From positions 1 through 63,368 of IMG/VR virus record IMGVR_UViG_3300027971_000057: a stretch of 63,368 nt of DNA, one strand, 5' to 3'. The DNA is from a virus. Taxonomy: Duplodnaviria > Caudoviricetes. Both the position numbers and the translations under genes were made by a program. Positions 43,341 through 53,941 of the stretch are shown here, piece by piece (position 1 is the first letter of the stretch; each line of letters opens with the position of its first letter). Below the pieces are notes generated by a model, which was given only the letters and a program-made list of their open reading frames with translations, did not search any database and was not told the DNA's origin.

Positions 43341-45716
43341 TTAAGAGCCCTGCGCTGGTGCTACCAATGAGAAAACTTTATCACCACCCGCACTAGCAGA
43401 CAAACCTACACCCCCCGCATAGGGGCCAAGCAGGGGATGTCCCGCCATGCGCGAGCGCAAAAGATCATCAAACATGGCTTGTTTCTTAAGTGGGTCTTGC
43501 TCCATCGTATAAGCCGTATTTGTTTTAAGATCATTCTGCACTTGATTTTGTAACGTGGTATAGGCTTGTCCAACCTTAATGTCTCTTGTGCTTGCATCCT
43601 GTAGCATTTTCAAACGCGCTTTAGAATCTGCATTGATGGCCGCATAGTGCGCCGCTTGGTTGTCAGCCTGCCTAGATTGAATGCCAAGCCCCAGCCCCGT
43701 AAGCTGATGCTCCATTGCCTTGTTTGCTTTATTAGTCGCAATCTCTTTGTACTTAGCAGCGGTAGCCTCATCATTTTTATCAAGCGCAACACGGTAGCGG
43801 CCCAAAGCAATTTGCGCGTCGGTGGCTTCTTTTACCGCCTTAGCATTGTCGGCTTTTTGTTTTCCGGTAGCGCCCGAATAGGCTTTAATAGCATCGCCTA
43901 CGGCGGGAGCAAAATACGGAGATTTGCTGGACAAAAACGCGGCTGAGATGCCCAACAGTTGCTCTTTAACGTCGCCTTTTTTACGGTCTTCAATGGACTG
44001 CAACAGGGCGTTAACAGCGGTCTGTTCTGGTTTAAGCAACTCCGCATTTTCTTTGCGGCGTTGGGCCATAAACGGCTCTAGCTCTTTACCGATATCTGTA
44101 ACAGACTGCTCTTTGGTGTCGAACGTCGGGAGCTTAAACGCAGAGGCTGCGCCTGCTAGGCCGGGAAGCCGAGAAGATTCCGAACTCGACGCATCAACAG
44201 TAGCTTTTTTATCGGGCGCAGCGGGTGCTGGCGCAGGGGCGGGCGCATTAGCCGCCACTTTTTTAGCCGCAGGTTCTGGTGCGTAACGTATATTCATCCC
44301 CCCAACTTGACTGGGGCGGTTTGCCAGTGCTGAAGAAATCCCTGCTAACGCACTGGGGATATCTGCCACTGTGTCATATACGCCTCTTCCCAAACGCTGC
44401 GCCATCCCGCCACTACCGCTGTCTTGCGCCGCTAGTGCAGCCCTTACCTCCTCCGCAGTAAGCGGCGGACGGTCAGGCATCCGGTCAGGAACACGCTGCT
44501 TAAAAAGCTTTGTCAGCGCAAGGGGGTCTTTAACCAGCCCCTCGTCAGCAAACGCGACAATCCCACCCCCTGCCATTTGAGGCATAGGGCCAGCGGGGGC
44601 TGCACCAAGACCTTGCTCCATAGGGGGTATAGCAGCACCACCACGGACTTCGGCTCGACGCGCCTTCTCCATCTGAATTTCTTGCGCTAACTCGGGATGC
44701 TCTTGCTCGGCCCGATCAAGCTGTTCATCAGACAGTTTCGGGAGGATCTCGCTAATACCCCCACCACCCGCGTAACCAACGCTGCCACCGCCCGCATACC
44801 CAACAATACCGCCTTTAGCTGCCGCAAGTGCCGCAGCGCCAGTCCCAAGTCCTGCTAGCGTACTCAACGTATTGGGTGCCGCTTCATACATCAGCGTCTG
44901 ATTCCTTGAACCAATCGCAGGGTTCTTGATCAGGTCGCTCATGAAGCCCAGTTGCTTATAGGCGTAGTTCTGCTGATCCATGAAGTTCTGGTACGCGATA
45001 TCGTCCGCTCGCTGCTGCTGCGCCTGTTGCTGTGCCCCGTAGGTATTCAACAGTTTATTGATATCCATACCTTGTTGGAACTGCTGCCCACCAAGTTGTC
45101 CAAGCAACTGTGCTGCTTGCTGTTGTGCGCTGTTACCAAACTGCGCTTCTTGAATACGGCGTGCCTGATCCGTATTGAACATATTTGCGGCCTGATTGAA
45201 GGCATCGCTGTAGCCCTGCGCGTTGATATCTGAGAGATTCTGGCGCGTATTTTGGTCCACCATCGACTGCTGGAGCGCACCGCGAGTACCGCCGAATGCA
45301 CCCATGCCCACAGCCTTAGCTGCTTGCTCTTGTTGCGCCATCCTCCCTGCTTCCGCAGCTTTTCGCAGTTGGGGAGCAAGCGCGTTCTCAAGGAACGGGT
45401 TCATGTACTGGCCGACATTCGCGCCTGTGTACTGTTGACCAACAGGGGTATACCTACCCGCTTGTGTAGCGTATTGCGTAGCCTGACCGATCTGAGGCGC
45501 AACCTGCATACCCCGTGCGCCCGCAAAAGACTGCTGCTGCATCGGATCGAAACCCGCAAGCCGTTCACCACGGTACTTTACATACGGATTATTATTGATG
45601 TTTGTGAGCGCAGCGCCTTTAGCTAGAACGTCTTGCGCGTAGCCACGCGCCCATGCTGGGAGTTCTTGTGTCTGCGTTGTGTTTGATGGTGTACTACTGC
45701 CGCCGCCGCCACTCAT
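43341..45716 (-). CDS. putative internal virion (ejection) protein
   Basis: 791 aa A/G/Q-rich; YMNPF, GAFGGTR, repeated AGGG. Confidence 0.65.
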   Translation of the reverse strand: MSGGGGSSTPSNTTQTQELPAWARGYAQDVLAKGAALTNINNNPYVKYRGERLAGFDPMQQQSFAGARGMQVAPQIGQATQYATQAGRYTPVGQQYTGANVGQYMNPFLENALAPQLRKAAEAGRMAQQEQAAKAVGMGAFGGTRGALQQSMVDQNTRQNLSDINAQGYSDAFNQAANMFNTDQARRIQEAQFGNSAQQQAAQLLGQLGGQQFQQGMDINKLLNTYGAQQQAQQQRADDIAYQNFMDQQNYAYKQLGFMSDLIKNPAIGSRNQTLMYEAAPNTLSTLAGLGTGAAALAAAKGGIVGYAGGGSVGYAGGGGISEILPKLSDEQLDRAEQEHPELAQEIQMEKARRAEVRGGAAIPPMEQGLGAAPAGPMPQMAGGGIVAFADEGLVKDPLALTKLFKQRVPDRMPDRPPLTAEEVRAALAAQDSGSGGMAQRLGRGVYDTVADIPSALAGISSALANRPSQVGGMNIRYAPEPAAKKVAANAPAPAPAPAAPDKKATVDASSSESSRLPGLAGAASAFKLPTFDTKEQSVTDIGKELEPFMAQRRKENAELLKPEQTAVNALLQSIEDRKKGDVKEQLLGISAAFLSSKSPYFAPAVGDAIKAYSGATGKQKADNAKAVKEATDAQIALGRYRVALDKNDEATAAKYKEIATNKANKAMEHQLTGLGLGIQSRQADNQAAHYAAINADSKARLKMLQDASTRDIKVGQAYTTLQNQVQNDLKTNTAYTMEQDPLKKQAMFDDLLRSRMAGHPLLGPYAGGVGLSASAGGDKVFSLVAPAQGS

Positions 45717-45726
45717 AATTTAGTCC

Positions 45727-46146
45727 TTAAATGATTTTTTGATAGATCACAGAGTGAAGCTTGTAATCTCTCGTATTTGCAACTCTACGCCATCCGGGGC
45801 GACCAATGAACTCAATGCCCACACAGCCCGCATCCTTTGCAAACCGTTCTGTGTACTCTTGCATCTTGTCCTCAACAGACTCCATTGTTCCCGGCTCCAT
45901 CGCACAGTACTGAATGGTGAGGTACTTCGCCTGCGGGTATTCTTTTATTTCTGTGATGAAATGTCCATAGACTTTTTCTTGATCGAACACCAACCAAAGC
46001 TGCATCTGGCCTGTGATGATGAATCGGACGATGTCGTCTACAGAAGATCGCCCCCCGCTCCACTCTTCAGAAACCTTCAGATACGGCAGCACTGCTGCTA
46101 CAGCATTCGTGATATTCCCATTCAGGATGAGCGTGATGTCTTTCAT
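45727..46146 (-). CDS. GNAT-like protein in virion module
   Basis: QLWLV...ITEIKEYP...FAKDAGCVGIEFIGRPGW. Confidence 0.55.
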   Translation of the reverse strand: MKDITLILNGNITNAVAAVLPYLKVSEEWSGGRSSVDDIVRFIITGQMQLWLVFDQEKVYGHFITEIKEYPQAKYLTIQYCAMEPGTMESVEDKMQEYTERFAKDAGCVGIEFIGRPGWRRVANTRDYKLHSVIYQKII

Positions 46147-47354
46147 GCGGGCATCAGTTTGTGAGCCTTGGTGTTGGTAGCAACTGCATTCTTACCAGTC
46201 GTCTTGCGCCGAGCCCGCTGAATGCGGTCCATCATGGCGTAGAGTTGCTTTGCGCCAGCCTCAGTAGAACCGTTACCCAGTTCCGACACGATACGCGCCG
46301 GGATCACGAACTCACCGTCAGCTAGTCGAGCAGGCTGTTTGCTACCAATAACAGCAGGAATAGAGTCGGATACCCCATCTCCGGGACCACGAAGAAGACG
46401 CCCACCATCTGAATAGCTCCCTAAGTTTGACTGGGCAGAAGGCAGACCTCGCATCATGCCACCAGCGGCAGCGCGATTGACATATCGGGGTTTGAAGTAT
46501 TGCTGTTCCCTACCGTATGGGTCTGGTTCTGGCATAGGCGCGGTGGGGGTTGATTCGTAGTTGTACTGCTGACCGGGATTGGTATCTTCTGGTTGTGGCT
46601 TGTACTTCTTTGGCTTCATCATATTCATAGCCAATGGAGCAAACGCCGCTGCCGCACGCATCGGTTCTTTTTTAGCGTAATTCAGGAGATTCTCTCCAGT
46701 GAAGCCCTTTTCGACCGCAGCAAAACGCTGTGATGGATCGGTCATCATGTCAAAAGTAGGCGCGGGGGGTCCAGACATAGCAGGTGTGACTGGGGCCGCA
46801 GCTTGAGGCGCAATAGACGGGGTTGCAAAAGCGGGCGCAGCTTCTGGGGTCAGAGACGAAATAGTAGGCGCATTTGCCGCAGTAAATGCGGGGGTCGCCG
46901 CTGCTGGTGCTGCTGTACTCGCTACCGTTGTCGCCGCTGGTGCTGCTCCACTTGCCCCTGCTGCGCCCGCTCCTGCTGCCCCACTAGCCGCTCCTGCTGC
47001 TCCTAAACTACCCGCGAGTCCAGCACCACCAAAAGCGCCAAGCCCTGCCATCAGACCTTTTTGGAGATTACCCGAAGCGATACCAGTAACTCCGCCTACC
47101 AGCAATGGTGCGAGCCAAGGACTGGCGGTCCCACCCGAAGCAACCATTATCCCAGCGCCAGCGAGCATCGGGAGAATTGAGGACAGGAAACCCGCCTCCG
47201 GGAGTCCCGTTTGAGGATTGGTAGTCAGTGAACCACCAGCGGCACGGGCAAGTCCTTGTAAGGCATTAACCTCGCCTTGACCCATGTGAACAAGCGTTGT
47301 GTCTGGGCCTCGGCCTTGAGCGGCGAGATGGTTGGCAGCGAGTTGAAGGCTCAT
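46143..47354 (-). CDS. putative internal virion protein
   Basis: TNPQTGLPEAGFL; GPGDGVSDSIPA...LADGEFVIPA. Confidence 0.65.
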   Translation of the reverse strand: MSLQLAANHLAAQGRGPDTTLVHMGQGEVNALQGLARAAGGSLTTNPQTGLPEAGFLSSILPMLAGAGIMVASGGTASPWLAPLLVGGVTGIASGNLQKGLMAGLGAFGGAGLAGSLGAAGAASGAAGAGAAGASGAAPAATTVASTAAPAAATPAFTAANAPTISSLTPEAAPAFATPSIAPQAAAPVTPAMSGPPAPTFDMMTDPSQRFAAVEKGFTGENLLNYAKKEPMRAAAAFAPLAMNMMKPKKYKPQPEDTNPGQQYNYESTPTAPMPEPDPYGREQQYFKPRYVNRAAAGGMMRGLPSAQSNLGSYSDGGRLLRGPGDGVSDSIPAVIGSKQPARLADGEFVIPARIVSELGNGSTEAGAKQLYAMMDRIQRARRKTTGKNAVATNTKAHKLMPA

Positions 47355-47381
47355 GGCTTCCTCACAAAAAGATTGCGGTTG

Positions 47382-47410
47382 ATGTTATCACGCAGGGGTC
47401 AATGGAGCAA
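47382..47410 (-). promoter_or_regulatory. sigma70-like promoter
   Basis: TTGCTC-17bp-TAACAT with TGn. Confidence 0.45.
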
Positions 47411-48304
47411 TCAGGCTGCGGTGTTAGACATCAAGATGCCTTGCAGGATCAATCCGCAATGGTGAGTGCCAGAGTTGGTAGAGAACTGCCACTGGATGTC
47501 TGTTTTTTGCGTGTATGGGAAAGGATTAACGCGAGGCACTTGATATCTTGAGTCAAAACTTGTTTGTAAAACTGTCAACGTAACCGGATTGGTCAAGGCG
47601 TTGTTGGTGCTTTTGACTTGGTAATTAAGGAAGTTACCAGCAGACGCATCACCGTTAAATGCATTGATGGAGTACAGATACATAGTGTATCCATTAGGGA
47701 CAGAATAAACTGCTGCTTGATTTTTACCAATGCCAGCATTTATTTGTGCATACGTTATACCGCCGTTTTTGGCTGTAATGATTCCCACATTTGAGTCCTG
47801 ACTAGTTCCGGGGCTAGTCAAGACCATGCTGTTAATTCTTAGAAAACTCTGGACAGTAGTTACATTGGTTGTTCCGTTTAACGTAACAGTTTCCGTCTGT
47901 AATGCCCAAGTAGAATCAAGACCGCTAATCAGAACCGTGGCCTGTGTATTGTCAGACGCAGATGTACTTGCCAGCGTCATTACAACTGCGGAGGCAGGAA
48001 AAGCGTACTGAGTTGTCCCAGTGTTTTCCCATAGTGTGTAAAACGTATTTGGAACATTATTAGAGAAGGCAAATAGGTTGACTTGTGATGCGCCAGTAAC
48101 TTTGCCTCTGGCAACCTGCGTCATAAAGTCCGCAGATGTCGTGCTTTCATTGTTGCTTGAACTTGCCACAATTTGCCCCAGTGCATTTACTAGTTGATTA
48201 AAGAACAAGCGCAGAACATTTGAATACTGTTCTTGTGCCATCCGATCATATTCGGTTGTGGCATTAGGTAGCCGAGGGGTGGCTGGAACAAGGATGTCAT
48301 TCAT
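47411..48304 (-). CDS. putative virion protein
   Basis: 297 aa S/T/N-rich, follows the tail tubular gene. Confidence 0.6.
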   Translation of the reverse strand: MNDILVPATPRLPNATTEYDRMAQEQYSNVLRLFFNQLVNALGQIVASSSNNESTTSADFMTQVARGKVTGASQVNLFAFSNNVPNTFYTLWENTGTTQYAFPASAVVMTLASTSASDNTQATVLISGLDSTWALQTETVTLNGTTNVTTVQSFLRINSMVLTSPGTSQDSNVGIITAKNGGITYAQINAGIGKNQAAVYSVPNGYTMYLYSINAFNGDASAGNFLNYQVKSTNNALTNPVTLTVLQTSFDSRYQVPRVNPFPYTQKTDIQWQFSTNSGTHHCGLILQGILMSNTAA

Positions 48305-50334
48305 TACGCTTTACGCCCATCTTGACGAACATCAATTCGCATAGCACCTAGCTGCCATTGCACGCCAAGCGTGTTAGAACTGATCTGGAACGCCATCTGG
48401 CGCCCGCGAAGCCGTGTGTAGACCTCCGGGGTGAATTGTTGCACTGCGTACGTACGTGTGCTTTGATAGTTCTGTGCGCTCGTCACGCTTGGCGAGGAAG
48501 GGGTTCCGTACAGTGAGCCGGGGAAGTCGCGTGGGTAAATAGACAACGTACAGGTTGGGTTAGCTACGTTAGAGCCATCGAAGGTCAAGTCAGGTATAGA
48601 CCGCCACAGGAAGCCGTAGTTATGGCCGTCATCTAAGTCAAAGTCTGAAGAAGTTACAGCAGCGTTAATAGGTAAAGAAGGATTACCAACATTATCATCT
48701 ACACCAACCTCATGGTAGACAAGGATAGCGTTTGCATTGCCTCCTGCCGAACCATACGCCATAGCCAGAGGAGAGCCTCTGAGCGGGCTGTCAAGCCATG
48801 CAGTTCTACCCTGCGGCTGCCCATTTGCATTGTTCCATGTACCGTAGTACCACACATCATCAAGGTGGTTATAGATCACATAGCGGTCAATGACGTTGGA
48901 ATTGGCCGAGCAGTACTGCCACCAGATCTCGTTATAGCCCTCATTGGTCCCGGCTACGATCTGGAATGCTTGAGTCAAGCTAATGTCCGTATATACGTAC
49001 TCACGTAACGTAGACGGCATGGTCTGAACGCGCCCTGAGTACATATAGAACTTGTCCTGCCCCATCCAGTAAGTGATGTTGTTGGCAGTGACAACAGCGT
49101 TAGGTCCAGCAATAGATATGTTGTCCCCCATGATTTGAATGTTCCATACGTAGGGCGGTCCTACGTACTGCATGGAGTAGATGGCCGCATCAGTAAACAC
49201 CAAGAGTTCTTGGCGAGTCTGGACAGCGGTGATGATGGCAGACCCATGACTCAAGCGGTAATCACCAGCTTGGTTGGTCGTAGCAGGAGTCCAAACAGAG
49301 TAGCTCTCTTGGTCTGACCAGCGAATCTGCATTGGATCTATGGCTGCCGTAGCATAGACACCTGTAGGGTCATTACACCCAAACGCAATCACAATGCGTG
49401 AAGCATCCGACACGGTCATGTAATTACAGACCGTTGGGCAAGTGCCGTCAGTCGTCCAGTACGCTATACCGTTCTGTGTGTTGAGATTGGATGGAGACAA
49501 CAACTGACCACGATTAAACACCGCAGGGTTTGCGTCAGGAACCCATAAGTAGATGCCGCCACCGCGAGGGCTGAACAGCAGCCGCTCACCGAAGTTGATC
49601 TGACTCCACACACGCATCTGAGCATTTGCGCTTACACCAGCGGTAGATGCCAAGCCCCAGCCGACAATACCCCAACCGCCCGCACCCCATCCAACCCCCG
49701 GCGTGAAAATAGCGTTACCGCCATTGAGTTGATATGCAAACGTAGCACTGACTGCTGGAGTTCCCGGTGAAGATGCAGGTACAGATACAACGATTGAATA
49801 CGTATTGGCGGTCAAAGCAGTGATTTGATACTCTCCCTGCATGATGAGCGCAGAGATACCGTTGACTGGACCAGAAACACTTGAAATGGTTACAAAGTCA
49901 CCTGTGTTTCCGCCATATCCGGGATCGTTAACCGTTACTACATTTGACCCTGTTACAGTAGTGAAAGCGTTTGCAACTGCTGTGTCAGTTTTACGGATAG
50001 GGGTGATATCAAAGAAGAAGCCGCCTGTGCCGTTCTGGATGTAGTACTTTAGGTTTGTTCCGACACCCAGTAGGTTGTAGCCAACGAGCGTGATCCAGTT
50101 CCACATCCCACGAGCAACACCCCAAATAGTTCCTGTTGGGGGAGTAGGGATTACCGCAGATACCCCTGCATTTTCTTGAGCAATGGTTCCACCATCTTTG
50201 GTCCAGCCACCGATCTTCTCGGCCTGACCAGAACGAAACCGGATCTTGTCTGAAGCAAACCAGCCACCCTCATTGGCATAGGAGGTGTTTTCTCGATTTA
50301 CCCCAGCCCTGAAATCCAGTTTTTTAAGTGGCAT
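48304..50334 (-). CDS. tail tubular protein B / head-stabilisation (P22 gp10-like)
   Basis: 676 aa; KIGGW, IRWSDQE, TRLRGRQ...DVRQDGRK. Confidence 0.7.
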   Translation of the reverse strand: MPLKKLDFRAGVNRENTSYANEGGWFASDKIRFRSGQAEKIGGWTKDGGTIAQENAGVSAVIPTPPTGTIWGVARGMWNWITLVGYNLLGVGTNLKYYIQNGTGGFFFDITPIRKTDTAVANAFTTVTGSNVVTVNDPGYGGNTGDFVTISSVSGPVNGISALIMQGEYQITALTANTYSIVVSVPASSPGTPAVSATFAYQLNGGNAIFTPGVGWGAGGWGIVGWGLASTAGVSANAQMRVWSQINFGERLLFSPRGGGIYLWVPDANPAVFNRGQLLSPSNLNTQNGIAYWTTDGTCPTVCNYMTVSDASRIVIAFGCNDPTGVYATAAIDPMQIRWSDQESYSVWTPATTNQAGDYRLSHGSAIITAVQTRQELLVFTDAAIYSMQYVGPPYVWNIQIMGDNISIAGPNAVVTANNITYWMGQDKFYMYSGRVQTMPSTLREYVYTDISLTQAFQIVAGTNEGYNEIWWQYCSANSNVIDRYVIYNHLDDVWYYGTWNNANGQPQGRTAWLDSPLRGSPLAMAYGSAGGNANAILVYHEVGVDDNVGNPSLPINAAVTSSDFDLDDGHNYGFLWRSIPDLTFDGSNVANPTCTLSIYPRDFPGSLYGTPSSPSVTSAQNYQSTRTYAVQQFTPEVYTRLRGRQMAFQISSNTLGVQWQLGAMRIDVRQDGRKA

Positions 50335-50341
50335 ATCTGCC

Positions 50342-50848
50342 TCACATTGAAAGCGCGGTGGCTTTTACTTCATTGACCCTACGCTCCCAGCCTTTACCAA
50401 ACGTAGGCCAAGTGGATAGTCCTTGTAAGAACTTCAGGCGTTGGGCGCTGTAGTTGATGATGGTGGTCGAGGGTAGCGTAACAGCAACGATGCTAAGAGT
50501 TTGTGGGCCGATAGACCCATCTGCTGCAATCCCTACTGCCGTTTGAAGCCACTGTGAAGCACGGCGAACACCAGAATTGACCGCCGCATCAAACACGCAG
50601 TAGTCAACACCAGACGGCAACTGATCACCCTTGACCCGATCCCAATACATTTCTTTGTAAAGCGGAGAAACTTTGGCTGGCGTAAGACCTCTCATTTCCT
50701 CTTCGGTTACTTTGCGGTCACTCCAATCTTCCCAGACTGCTTGGGTCACTCCGAGATTTGTCCTCCCTCCCGGATCACTTGGGTGATTAACGTAACCACC
50801 TTCGTGTTGCAAGAGATGGCTCAGACATAGTTCAAAATTGGTATTCAT
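50342..50848 (-). CDS. endolysin, GH108 lysozyme with peptidoglycan-binding domain
   Basis: HEGGYVNHPSDPGGRTNLGVT; FDAAVNSG; FGKGWERR. Confidence 0.92.
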   Translation of the reverse strand: MNTNFELCLSHLLQHEGGYVNHPSDPGGRTNLGVTQAVWEDWSDRKVTEEEMRGLTPAKVSPLYKEMYWDRVKGDQLPSGVDYCVFDAAVNSGVRRASQWLQTAVGIAADGSIGPQTLSIVAVTLPSTTIINYSAQRLKFLQGLSTWPTFGKGWERRVNEVKATALSM

Positions 50849-51072
50849 TTCTTGTCCTCGTTATCTTTGTTTTCTTTGCCCATCTTGATACCAGCGATAG
50901 TGCCGACAAAGGCTCCAACAATGGTATTGAACGAGGGCTGAAGCATTTTGAACAACTCGTTGTTGTCCACATGGTCGTCAAACAGTCCAACCAAGGATGC
51001 ACCACAAGTAGCCACAAGTACCAAGGATAACGACAGACAACAGATGACGGTGATGTAGTCGGCTATCTTCAT
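50845..51072 (-). CDS. small two-TM membrane protein
   Basis: two hydrophobic stretches, charged tail, beside the endolysin. Confidence 0.6.
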   Translation of the reverse strand: MKIADYITVICCLSLSLVLVATCGASLVGLFDDHVDNNELFKMLQPSFNTIVGAFVGTIAGIKMGKENKDNEDKK

Positions 51073-51545
51073 TTCTTATCCTTTTCCTTGGAGCCTATAG
51101 AGGAACCAAACCAAAAGTTCAACATGGTGGCGAGAACTGTGCCCAGAACAAAACCAAGAATGGTGTCGGCAAACCTGATGTTTTTATCTGGAATTACGCT
51201 GAAAGTAATAAAGCCAATGTAAATTGCCGCGCAGACTGACCAGAAGGTAGTCAGGTACATCGTGAAGCGTTTAGAGAAAACGTCCGACTGCTGGAGCGCA
51301 ATCTTCTGCATATCCCGAGCGTCGGCGGTGTTGGCGTGTTGCGCCTTCAACGTCTCTAAATCAATTTGTGCCAGCTTGAACGCTGCTTCTGGGTCTTCGA
51401 CCACAGCCTTAGTCACTGCTTCTACCGTATCTTCAACACCGAATTGTTTGGCAATAGCCGATACAGCAGCACCACCCAAGGGGCCAGCAACAACAGTTGC
51501 CAAAGCAGGGGCAACGCTTCCAAGCAGTTTGAGCAACTCATTCAT
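51069..51545 (-). CDS. putative holin
   Basis: GPLGG N-terminus, two TM helices, FWFGSS. Confidence 0.65.
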   Translation of the reverse strand: MNELLKLLGSVAPALATVVAGPLGGAAVSAIAKQFGVEDTVEAVTKAVVEDPEAAFKLAQIDLETLKAQHANTADARDMQKIALQQSDVFSKRFTMYLTTFWSVCAAIYIGFITFSVIPDKNIRFADTILGFVLGTVLATMLNFWFGSSIGSKEKDKK

Positions 51546-51553
51546 CGAGCCCC

Positions 51554-51931
51554 CTATGCGCTGATGTTGGACGCCGTGACAAACAGCGCATCAATCTGCG
51601 CGTCGTTTAACCCTAGCATGGAGGCCAATGCGTTTACGGTAGGAGAATTACGCTCCCAGTCGGTTGCATTCTCAAACGCCAGCCGAGTGATGTTGCTTCG
51701 CGGCAGGGCGTCAATGTAGGTATGCACGGTGTCCAGATAGCCACCAGCAGCGAGCGTGGCCAACGCTTGAAAGCGCGTCACCGACGCAGGGATGGGTGGC
51801 GGTGGCGGTACATAAGGGTCAGGCGTGTTGCCCTCGGCAAGCCATGCGAGATATTGCGGATGTTCAATCGGAACCCATGCGCCATCAATGCGACGAACAC
51901 CCATAGAATCAATAATTGTATAAGTTTTCAT
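51554..51931 (-). CDS. tail fibre assembly chaperone (copy 2)
   Basis: YLAWLAEGNTP; SVTRFQAL...WER...QIDALF; paralog of 53561..53941. Confidence 0.7.
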   Translation of the reverse strand: MKTYTIIDSMGVRRIDGAWVPIEHPQYLAWLAEGNTPDPYVPPPPPIPASVTRFQALATLAAGGYLDTVHTYIDALPRSNITRLAFENATDWERNSPTVNALASMLGLNDAQIDALFVTASNISA

Positions 51932-51933
51932 TA

Positions 51934-53553
51934 TTATAACTCCGCATCTGCTGTAATATAACGCCCGACACCACTGTCGTAGGCATAAAACTGTCCTACT
52001 GCAACTGCAGATGTTGACAGTCTGATATAGTCTATGCCTGCTAATCCTATTGTAGGCGCTGTTGCATTAACAGTAACCCATGCCCCAACAACATTTGCTA
52101 TGGGTACTGCACGCATCGTGACTGGCGTCTTAAAAGGTTCATAAGCATTATATCCAGCGGTTGGAGTAATGCCAGAAACAATCATTGTTCCAGACCCTGA
52201 GGTAGACGCCCAATAATATCTTTGACACAACGCCAACTCCATCCCAATCGGACGTTGCTCGAATGGCGTGGCTACGGGGCCGACTTCTACTTGCAATCCA
52301 GTAACAAACACACCATCGCTTGTTCCAGCAGTACCAACTGGAGTCCATTGAAGTAATACCGCCAGAGACAACGCGCCGCTTGGTATTGTGGCCGTCATGG
52401 AATACCTAGTCCATGTCGTTGTAATCGTATTTGCTTGGTTTGTTGCCGCTTGCCCTGCCCAACTTCCAAGGGTTGCGCTGGTGGCGTTTGCTGCCGTTCC
52501 AGTTATAACTTGAGAACTAAGGGAGCTTCCGCTTGAGGAAAAGTTTGCAGCCGCTTTAGCATAAAAACTAAAAGTAACTGTTTGTCCCTTTAAGTCATAT
52601 ATATTGATAGTCTCAACAACCTGTCCAGCACCAAGTCCACCCGTAAGGGCTGATGCTGAATTTCTGTAGAAATACAAAGAATTGACAAAACCAGTTGGCG
52701 CGTCAGTACTTTGCTGCATGCCTCCCGCTGCGCTTGTTGCCATAACAGCAAAGAAACGATCAACGGTCAAATATGAATAGGTGGTTGTCAATGCAAATGG
52801 GCCAGCCCCTCTTTGAGCCACCCGCATATCCCCATTGATAATCTTATTCCGCAGCCCCGCCAACTGACCACCATTGGCAGAGGCCATCTGCACGTTGCCT
52901 GTGAATGTGCCGGTGGTTCCAGAAACTGCGCCGCTGAACGTGCCGGTGGTGCCAGAAACAGCACCACTAAAAGTGCCGGTGGTGCCAGAAACAGCACCAC
53001 TAAAAGTGCCGGTGGTGGCCGTAACCGCTCCCAACGAACTGCCGTAAGCTAACGCATCGCCAGCCGTTGTCGGCGTAGCGACGTTGGTGATCTTGAAGCC
53101 GCCCATCGAGAAGTCTGCGGTGGCGGTCAACGGCGGACTGGAAATACTGTAGAAACCAGTTGTCCCGTCTGTCCAGATAATTTGTTTTGCACCCGCTACC
53201 ACCGTATAGCCCGTACCCGTGACAGCCGTGGTATTGGCTGGTGCAATCCGCATGGTTGCAGCGTAAGAGGTATCGTTCCAAATTAGGTATATCTTGGGCC
53301 TATTGGGGACGCATAATGTAAACGCAGAGGCTGCTGTTGTAATTTTAACTATCGCCATCCGCGCTTGATCAACTGCCCCATCGTTGGCAATGAGGTATTG
53401 GGGCGTTACAGTAATTGGCACTTCCGTATAGCCAGAGATTGCGCCCTCCAGCAATGTGCCAAGATTGGTGTTGGTTGTATCGCCCCAGACGCCCGCCTGA
53501 TCGCCTGTGGGAATAAGAGATACACGAAGGTTTGGTGAGTAAGTAGTTGGCAT
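51934..53553 (-). CDS. tail fibre / receptor-binding protein
   Basis: WGDTTNTN anchor; RNKIINGDM...QVEVGPVATPFE...LCQRYY head domain. Confidence 0.8.
   Translation of the reverse strand: MPTTYSPNLRVSLIPTGDQAGVWGDTTNTNLGTLLEGAISGYTEVPITVTPQYLIANDGAVDQARMAIVKITTAASAFTLCVPNRPKIYLIWNDTSYAATMRIAPANTTAVTGTGYTVVAGAKQIIWTDGTTGFYSISSPPLTATADFSMGGFKITNVATPTTAGDALAYGSSLGAVTATTGTFSGAVSGTTGTFSGAVSGTTGTFSGAVSGTTGTFTGNVQMASANGGQLAGLRNKIINGDMRVAQRGAGPFALTTTYSYLTVDRFFAVMATSAAGGMQQSTDAPTGFVNSLYFYRNSASALTGGLGAGQVVETINIYDLKGQTVTFSFYAKAAANFSSSGSSLSSQVITGTAANATSATLGSWAGQAATNQANTITTTWTRYSMTATIPSGALSLAVLLQWTPVGTAGTSDGVFVTGLQVEVGPVATPFEQRPIGMELALCQRYYWASTSGSGTMIVSGITPTAGYNAYEPFKTPVTMRAVPIANVVGAWVTVNATAPTIGLAGIDYIRLSTSAVAVGQFYAYDSGVGRYITADAEL
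52907..53016 (-). repeat. 33-bp tandem repeat encoding TTGTFSGAVSG, ~3.3 copies
   Basis: gtgccggtggtgccagaaacagcaccactaaaa x2 plus one variant copy. Confidence 0.9.
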
Positions 53554-53560
53554 ATGTGTC

Positions 53561-53941
53561 CTACGCGCTGATGTTAGAGGCAGCGATAAAGAGATCGTCT
53601 ACTTGGGTAGTGTCTAGGCCAAGCATAGTAGCTAGTGCATTAAGGGTAGGTGAAGTCCGCTCCCAATCCGCAGCATTTTCCCAAGCCAGCCTCTGCACAT
53701 TATCTTCATCCAGCGCAGCAATATGGGCACGGATGGCGGGTAGGTATCCCCCCGCAGCAAGAACCGCCAACGCTTGAAATCGCGTTACCGATACGGGTAC
53801 AGCGGGGGGAGGTGGGACATAGGGCTCAATTGTCGCACCCTCGGGGACTTCAGAAGCGACTGCGGAATAGATACAAGTGCCGTCCTCTTCAATAATGAAG
53901 ACAACTTCGTTCGATGCGTCTGTATAACGATAAGTTCTCAT
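53561..53941 (-). CDS. tail fibre assembly chaperone (copy 1)
   Basis: start MRTYRY overlaps fibre stop; SVTRFQAL...WER...QVDDLF. Confidence 0.7.
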   Translation of the reverse strand: MRTYRYTDASNEVVFIIEEDGTCIYSAVASEVPEGATIEPYVPPPPAVPVSVTRFQALAVLAAGGYLPAIRAHIAALDEDNVQRLAWENAADWERTSPTLNALATMLGLDTTQVDDLFIAASNISA